Shown: positions 56,570 through 64,000 of the stretch, in pieces | Layout of the letters: each line of letters opens with the position of its first letter | Numbering within the stretch: the first letter of the stretch is position 1 | DNA from: the human T2T-CHM13v2.0 reference genome, Homo sapiens | Direction: 5' to 3' (one strand) | DNA length: 64,000 nt | Assembly (NCBI RefSeq): GCF_009914755.1 | Contig: NC_060947.1 | The notes under the pieces: generated by a model | Told to the model about the DNA's origin: nothing | What the model saw: the letters and a program-made list of their open reading frames with translations, nothing else | Database searches by the model: none | Position numbers and translations under genes: made by a program

Positions 56570-56899
56570 ATTTGGTTTGAGAATAGAAGAGCCAAATGGA
56601 GGAGACATCAGAGGGCATTAATGGCAAGAAACATGCTGCCCTTCATGGCAGTGGGCCAGCCTGTCATGGTAACCGCAGCTGAGGCCATAACGGCACCCTT
56701 GTTCATCAGCGGGATGAGAGATGATTACTTCTGGGACCACAGCCATTCCAGCAGCCTGTGTTTCCCCATGCCACCCTTTCCTCCTCCGTCCTTGCCCCTT
56801 CCACTCATGCTTCTTCCACCTATGCCACCCGCTGGCCAGGCTGAATTTGGCCCATTCCCTTTTGTTATCGTGCCTTCTTTCACATTCCCCAATGTCTAA
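56570..56899 (+). CDS. RHOXF2: RHOXF2 coding exon 4 (IWFENRRAKWRRHQR...proline-rich tail...FPNV*)
   Basis: ctgattgaag| acceptor; exons sum to 79+412+46+330=867 nt =288 aa + stop. Confidence 0.96.
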   Translation: MWFENRRAKWRRHQRALMARNMLPFMAVGQPVMVTAAEAITAPLFISGMRDDYFWDHSHSSSLCFPMPPFPPPSLPLPLMLLPPMPPAGQAEFGPFPFVIVPSFTFPNV

Positions 56900-57116
56900 G
56901 GGATAGCCTCTGTGCCACTTTTTGCCAGAGTGTCTTTGAGCCAGATTCATATTTTGCATAGCACCCCATCAAAAGTAGTTCATCAAATGTCTATTAAACG
57001 TTTTAAAGAAAAGTACATCATTGACCCATTTTTAGGGCACTTGTAAAAATGTTTCTATAAATATGTGAAGGGTATGTACATTTGTTTTGTGTGTCACATG
57101 GGGTCAGTAAGTTCTC

Positions 57117-57122
57117 AATAAA
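57117..57122 (+). terminator. RHOXF2: RHOXF2 polyadenylation signal (weaker ATTAAA at 56993)
   Basis: AATAAA about 220 nt after the stop. Confidence 0.7.
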
Positions 57123-59310
57123 AATTGTTAAGAAATGCCATTCAAACCGAATGTCACGGACTCTCGTCTCATGCAGTAATCTTGAGTCACCATCTGGGGG
57201 CTGTGCATGTCACAGAATTTTCCCATGTGCCCATGGCAGGCTTACACCGACCCAGACATTCTCTTCCACCCCCACCCCCAACACCCCATACTCATCTCCT
57301 CTCTGCCCCCATTGATACCAGGTACATGTGCAGGATGGGGTGGTGTGAGTCCCTAATGAGAGAATAGTGTGTTTCAAGTTACTGCCAGGGTGGAAAACAG
57401 CAAAACCAAAATGGTATCGGGAAGGAAGCCATGCCCACTCTTAAAAATTCATTAAGTTTTTTCTTGCTATGGAAGACTTCTTTAAAGTAATTTTCTTGTA
57501 AAAGTGTAAGTGTAAATAATGCCATGAAATTATACACTTATTTAATGGCTAAAATGGCAAATTTTTATATGGTTTACCACAACAAAAGAAAAGAAAAAAT
57601 ATACCAAAAAGTTTTTAAAAAGTGATCATGAACATTGTGGTCATCCTGTGAAGTGATTGCAATGCCTGCAGATAAGGAGTGATGGTTACAACAGTATTTT
57701 CTCTGAAAATTATTTGATGGCCAGTTTCATAATGATTATGTTTTCAGCCTGAAGGAAAATTCCATTTTCTTGGGTGAGCATGAACTTTCTGTCAGGCTGT
57801 CTGCTGCTTTTCATTCCCCACTTCTCTCTTCACAATTGTGGGTGTCAAGCTTCAGCCACGCAATTGCATTTGGTGTGAGGGTTTTGCAAGGAGAAGGAGG
57901 TTTATTCATACCCCTGAAGCCACAAGCCTTGGTGGGAATAAGGAAAGTCCATGAATTCACTATGCATTAATGCATGCCTCTTGGCCAAGTGGATTCTTTT
58001 TTCTTCTCCGATTGAGATTTTCCTTTTTTTTTTTTTTTTTTTTTTTTGCTCTTGTTCTCATTGTATTGTGCTTTGTATAATTATTTACAGTAAGTCGCGC
58101 ATGTCAGTGTACATTCCGTCTGGAAATTGTTTCCATTTGGTACATTTTGTGCCAGTCGGTCTATTCCTGCTCATTATTTTGTTTTTTCTACATTCAGACT
58201 GAAACATTTGGTAGCCTAGAGATACTCAGAAATAGGCAAAGAAAGGTAAAAGGGGAGGAGGGGAGATTGAAATCATACTTCCATTATCCCTCCCCGTGGT
58301 TATCAGATTCATAAAATTTTTACACCATCAAAAGACATTTTTAGCCATATATGTTTCCTTTATGTAGAAAATGAGATCTCCTATACTCAGTTGGCATTTG
58401 TTTTCATGTATCTGATAAGTACCTGTTAGAATTATAGGTCAAGATGTTGTCTAGCTCTGGTAACCTAGATCCTGAACTTCAAAGCAGAGTTCTTGGACCT
58501 TAAGAAATTCAAATTCGTAGAATTATAGTTAGGATGTCATTTACTGACCTTGAACAACACATTGTTTAGGTAGCATACAATGGGACTAGTTCAAGGGGCT
58601 GGGTGGAGAACAAGTTACAATTTTTTCTGATGGAGAACATTACTGGAGACAGTACCCTTTAAAACTTTCATTCCCTTTTTATTAGCAGCTAACGTCTTGT
58701 ATGCCTTTACTATGTGACAAGCAATAAAATAATGTCCTTGGATGATTTTGTTTGATGCTCAAATGAATCCTAATAGTGAGGTTCTAGCATCTTCATTGAA
58801 AGAAGAGGAAACTTATCCATGGTGCAAAGCTAATCAGAGGAACAGGATCTGAAGCCAAATTTGTCTGCCTCCAGAGCCCATGCTTTGTCAAGTTTAATTC
58901 AGCGGTGGTGCACTGGGATGCCACAGTTAGGGCAATCTGGCTTCCAATCCCAGATGCACCACTTCCCAGCTGTTTCCCCCTGGGCATTTTACTTAAGCTC
59001 TGTAGTATCATTATTATTCTCTATAAGATGATAATATTATATCACAGAATTGATGAGAGGGATAAATAACATATGTAAGTGGCCTTCCACAATGCCCAGC
59101 CAGAGTAAGCACACAGAAATGTTTTCTACTATTATTCTATATTATCTCCTATCATCATATTATTATAACCTGTTGTTCCACCTTTCCTATGTGGTATAAC
59201 AGAAAGAGATCTGATTAAAAATAAGGTGGTCTGGGTTCTTGCTGCAGCTCTACGCTGTCTTTGTTACCTTGAATGAGTCGCTTAACCTACTATATCTCTG
59301 CTGTCTCATG

Positions 59311-59723
59311 TGTTAGGCCATTCTTGTTTTGCTATAAGGAAATGCCTGAGGCTGAGTAATTTATAAAGAAAAGAGGTTTAGTTGGCTCACAGTTCTGCAG
59401 GCTTAACAGGAAGTGTGATGCTGGCATCTGCTTCTGGTGAGGACCTCAGGAAGCTTACAGTCATGGTGGAAGACAGACTGGGAGCAGGCATCTCACATGG
59501 TGAGAGCAGGAGCGAGAGAGTGGGTGTGGGAGGTGCCACACACTTTTAAACAACCAGATCTTGTGATAACTCGCTCACTATTGCAAGGACAGCATCAAGC
59601 CATGAGGTTTCCACCCCCATGACCCAAACACGTCCCAACAGGCCTCACCTCCAACATTGGGGAAAATAAGGATTACATTTCAACATGAGATTTGGGCAGA
59701 GACAAATATCCCAACCATATCAT
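59311..59723. mobile_element. MaLR LTR (MST-type)
   Basis: TAATTTATAAAGAAAAGAGGTTTAGTTGGCTCACAGTTCTGCAGG...CCAACCATATCA. Confidence 0.85.
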
Positions 59724-60788
59724 CTCACCTATGGAATCATGACAGTAATAGCATGACTCATGTATTTGGAGTAGGTTTAGTGGTAAAAGTTTATCAGGCA
59801 TATTTCAAAAAATCAGAAAAAATAGGAATGAATGCCTTATGAAAAAAATCATTTCACGCATTGTTTTCTAGAGTGTGGGGAGTACCATTCATGTTTATAT
59901 GCATGCTCGACCCCATTTTCCCAGATCAACAATTACTGTTTGTCCTTTCTTGACAGAGAAAAGGAATCAAATGAAGTGAATAATATGGAGAGGAATTTTT
60001 TAAAGTGAGCAGAGTGGATATTTGTAAAGGCTTTTCCATGTTTTCGCTATGGTAGTGATAACTGTGGCTGTCTGTATAAAAAGGGTGTATCATTTAAACA
60101 TGCCCTGAAATGGTTAATGATGAAATTATGTGATGTCTCGATGTGCTTCCAAATAATCCCAGGTTGGGTGCAGGGATGTTGGAGAAATCAGCAAGGCTAC
60201 TGATGAAACAAGACTGGATATTAATAATTGTTGAATGTGGGTGGTGGCTATATGAGTGTTCATCTTATGTTTGTTTTATATATTTTGGACATTTCCTATA
60301 ATTTTTAAAAAAATAGTAAGGGTCGAAAACCTAGCTGCTAACAGGGCCGGGAAGGTAACATAAATGAAGAAAACAAGCAGAGTGGGGACTGGTAAACTGG
60401 GAAAGGCTATGTCTCCCCCAAAGGGAATGGCCACTACTCTGCTTCAGCCTAATTTTTCTGGTCAGGACTTTGGGGTCCAGATCTGGCAGATTTTCCAGTT
60501 TGTAAAGATTGGCCAGAAATAAGTGTTTACATGAAACCTTCTGATCCTTAGATCTGAGCAATCAATTCAAATATGTTTTATTTAAAATTACACTGGTCAT
60601 CCGAAACAGATCTGCAGACCAGATATAGGATGCAGCTTCCAATTTGCAACCTGTACTTGAGAAGGTAACTTTAAGCAAATTCAAAACCGTGGAGCAATAG
60701 AATATGATTGAAAGCAACTCTAAAGCCAGCAATCCTAGGATGCCATCATTCCACCTTATTTTTTTTCTCATTATAAGTCCTGTTCTCA

Positions 60789-62390
60789 TGTGATAAAAGA
60801 AAAACTTCAGCCAAATTAAAGTTAAAGGAGTTTAATTGAGCAATGGACGATTTGCAAATCGGGCAGCCCCCAGAATGACAGCAGATTCACAGAGACTCCA
60901 GTGCAGCCATGTGGTGGGAGAGTTATAGACAAAAAAGGGAAACTACATACAGAAATCAGAAGTGAGATAGAGAATGGCTGGATTGGTTACAGCTCGACGT
61001 TTGCCTTATTTGACATTTTCATTTTACCAATAATTTTTAAAACTCTCTTTATTTCCCAAAAATTACTTAAGACACATGAACTAAAAGGCATTACACTTTT
61101 TACTTTTCTGACAAAATATGTTATTTAAGCTTTTATTATTTTTAAACCAATTAGTGAAAGCTCTTTTATATATAAACATCAAACACATAATACATATAAA
61201 TCCATAGACAGAAGTTAAAGGACTCATTTTCCAAGCCAGGAATTGAACGCTGAACCCAGGCTGCCATTGTGAAGAGAAAGCATGGCCACATGGTTACAAG
61301 GTCAAGCTCCCAAGGACATACAAGACAAGAGGGAAACCTTATCCAGTTTTTTTTTTGTTTTGTTTTTTGTTTTTTCCAGGGACCTGCAGCAAAGCTTATA
61401 AGTGATCAGTTTGCTTGGCTGTCTTGAACAGCGGGCTTACAGGTGTCCTAAGCCTGTATTCTATCCTAAGGTACCCCTCATTAATGACAGAAAATATGGA
61501 AAGACACACAAAGCATACCAAATTTGGTACAGCTTAAGACTAGCCTTACAAGTGCTTTTTCTGATTAATTTAAACTTTACAGGAGAGTAACAGTGATTTT
61601 TACCATTTATTCAACCTGTTTGCACAGAGAGAGAGAGAGAGAGGCCAGGAGTCTGACTGGTAAGAAATTGTTACCTGTTTGCCAGCATGCCAGGCTTCTG
61701 TGTTCCGTTGCCCTAAGTGGCCCTAGTGACCCACCTCGCTGCACCATAGACCTGGGGGGCCAAGCCACAACACAAAGGAAAATTATCTTTTTCTGTTTGG
61801 GCCAGAGTAAAATATGTGTGACGAAACATAGACATCAGCTACTCTGCTTAGCACCCAATATTAAACTGGCAAGGCTTAAATTTGTCCTTAGATGGCTCCC
61901 GTCATCTTTAATCCAACTTCTGACTAGGAATTTCAACACGTCCCTGGGCAAGATGGTCACCCTGAGTAATAGAAAAGATAAGAAAGGGAAAGGAGAGAGA
62001 GAAAAGCATTGCCTGTGGCAGGGTGGGGAAGGTGAAGAGCTCACAGAGGCCAGAGAAGGACCCACTCATTCATTGCAGTGACACTGAAAATGAAAAGTTC
62101 AGGGGACCACTTGCCAGTAGTGAAGGGATCTTTTCCAGCAGTTCCATCAGCTGTCAGGATTCCCCTTCTGGGGAGGAAAAAGCTCCCCATCTCCCACGGT
62201 CCTGCACATGCCTAATCCTGTCACCCATAGCCGTCAGCAAAAAGTGTAAGACCGATTAATCCAAAGAGAATAGCACTTAACATTCCATAGTGCCAAACCC
62301 GTCCTTAGCCAAAAGGGATTTTACCAAGAGCCCTCATTTTTAAATGTATTTCAATGTGTTGTTGTTCATTTGGAACGTTCCACTGTAAGT
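60789..62390 (-). mobile_element. ERV1 MER4-group (MER57-like) LTR fragment plus internal sequence
   Basis: GAAAAACTTCAGCCAAATTAAA..GGGCAGCCCCCAGAAT; internal part resembles 27780-27870. Confidence 0.55.
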
Positions 62391-62393
62391 ACA

Positions 62394-62593
62394 AGCGATT
62401 CTACTGCCTCAGCCTCCCGAGTAGCTGGGACTACAGGTGCATGCCACCACGCCCAGCTAATTTTTTGTATTTTTAGTAGAGATGGGGTTTCACTGTGTTT
62501 AGCCAGGATGGTCTCGGTCTCCTGACCTTGTGATTCACCTGCCTCGACCTCCCAAAGTACTGGGATTACAGGCTTGAGCCACCGCACCTGGCC
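62394..62593 (-). mobile_element. Truncated Alu
   Basis: Alu consensus similarity. Confidence 0.85.
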
Positions 62594-62619
62594 TCTTGTT
62601 CTCTTATTTTCTCCCGAAC

Positions 62620-64000
62620 ATACAGAATCGCTCTCTCTGTTCTGAGCCAACTAAAGCTGGGGGTGGAGTGACATAGGTATTAACACCCCTGTGGTCACCA
62701 CCACTATGACTGTGCTGGGTCAGACCTGAAGCCAGCACAGGACTGGGTCTCACCCAAGGCCTGCTGTAACCACTCCCTGGCTACTGTCTCTATGTTTGCT
62801 TAAGACCCTGGGCTCTACAATGAGCAGGTGGCAAAGCCAGCCAGGCCTGTGTCCTTCCCTCCAGGTCAGTGAGTTCCCCCAGGCCCCAGGTGGGTCTAGA
62901 AGTATCATCCAGGAGTCAGGGACTAGAGTCAAAAACCTTCGAAGTCTACCTGGTGTTCTATTGTATTGCAGCTGAGCTGGCACTGAAACCATAAGACCTA
63001 GTCCTTCCTGCTTTTCCCTCCCCTTTCCAAAGGCAAAGGAGCCTCACTCCACAGCCACTGACACCCCTGGCCACAAGGAGCACTGACAGACTACCATCAA
63101 TGTTCCGTTAAGGCCCAAGGTCTCTTAAGTTAGCTTGTGGTGAATGCTGCCTGGTCTGGGACTCATCCTTCAGGGCAGTGGGCTCCCCTCTGGCCTGGGG
63201 CAGGTCCAGAAATGCTGTCAAGTCCTGGAATCTGGAACCTCAAGAACCTGCTTGGTGCTCTAGGCCCCGTGGTGGTGTTGGTACCTGAAGCCAGCAAGTC
63301 TCAGAGGCTCATGATGGCCCTCAATGTAGTGCCTGTGCATTGCTGTTGGTTATTCAGGGCCCAAGGGCTCTTCAGTTAGCGGGTGATGAATGCTGGCAGG
63401 ATGGGGTCCTTTCCTTCAAGGCAGTGGGTTCCCTTCTGGCCCACAGTTTGTCTAGAAATGTCATTTGGGAACTAGGGCTGGAACAGGGGCCTGTTGACTC
63501 TGACTGGAGCCCTATCTTGCTGTGGCTGAGTTGGTATCCAAGATGCAAGACAAAGTCCTCCCAACTCTTCCCTCTCCTCTCCTCAAGCAGAAGGAAGGGC
63601 TCTCTTTTAGAGCCACAAGCTGTGCATCCTGGGGTTAGGGGAAAAGTGATGCCAGCATTCCCTTGGCTGTCCTAGCTAGTGTCTCAGCATGTTGTGTTCC
63701 CCGCCCCGCCACCCCCAATCCACTGTGTCTGGGCCTAGTTCATCCCTAGGACTTACCTAAAAGTTGCAGTCCTTATGGCCTAGGCTGCCTTTCAAGTTTA
63801 CTTAGAGACTGACAGCACTTTGGCCCTTCATGGTGAGGTTTGCAGGTACTCAAGTTCAGACTGCTGGGATCAGTGATTCCCCTCTGGCTAGGGCTGGTTT
63901 AAATGCTCCCTCTGTGAGTGGGCATCAACTGAGTTTGATCTGGTTTTCCTTTCTGCTGTAACAGGACATTGCTGAGTGCAATGCTTCACAATTGAATTGT
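62620..64000 (-). mobile_element. Old L1 5' UTR region (L1PB/L1M-type)
   Basis: Typical antisense L1 5' UTR repeats (GGCCCAAGGGCTCTTCAGTTAGC, GGGCTCCCCTCTGGCC). Confidence 0.6.

Overview
Primate (very likely human Xq24) genomic DNA containing the RHOX homeobox cluster; there is no prokaryotic or viral operon-type system here. Two intact genes can be assembled from splice sites: RHOXF1 (minus strand, 3 coding exons, 184 aa) and RHOXF2 (plus strand, 4 coding exons, 288 aa). Between them, about 4.7 kb upstream of and divergent from RHOXF1, is a third, decayed RHOXF2-like gene (13.7-14.9 kb). It has an ATG->CTG start, two frameshifts and a ~5 kb deletion that removed the recognition-helix exon, yet it keeps canonical splice sites and a CpG-rich 5' end; it may be the origin of the local lncRNA. 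The 17-49.5 kb interval is mostly nested endogenous retroviruses. These include a MER4-group nest and an LTR10/HERV-I element interrupted by a full-length, apparently chimeric HERV1/ERV3-like provirus that ends 2.4 kb upstream of the RHOXF2 ATG. Two templated insertions with fold-back junctions are visible, one of which copied the RHOXF2 core promoter into an Alu. Repeat subfamily names and literature links come from memory or visual recognition and need RepeatMasker/BLAST confirmation.
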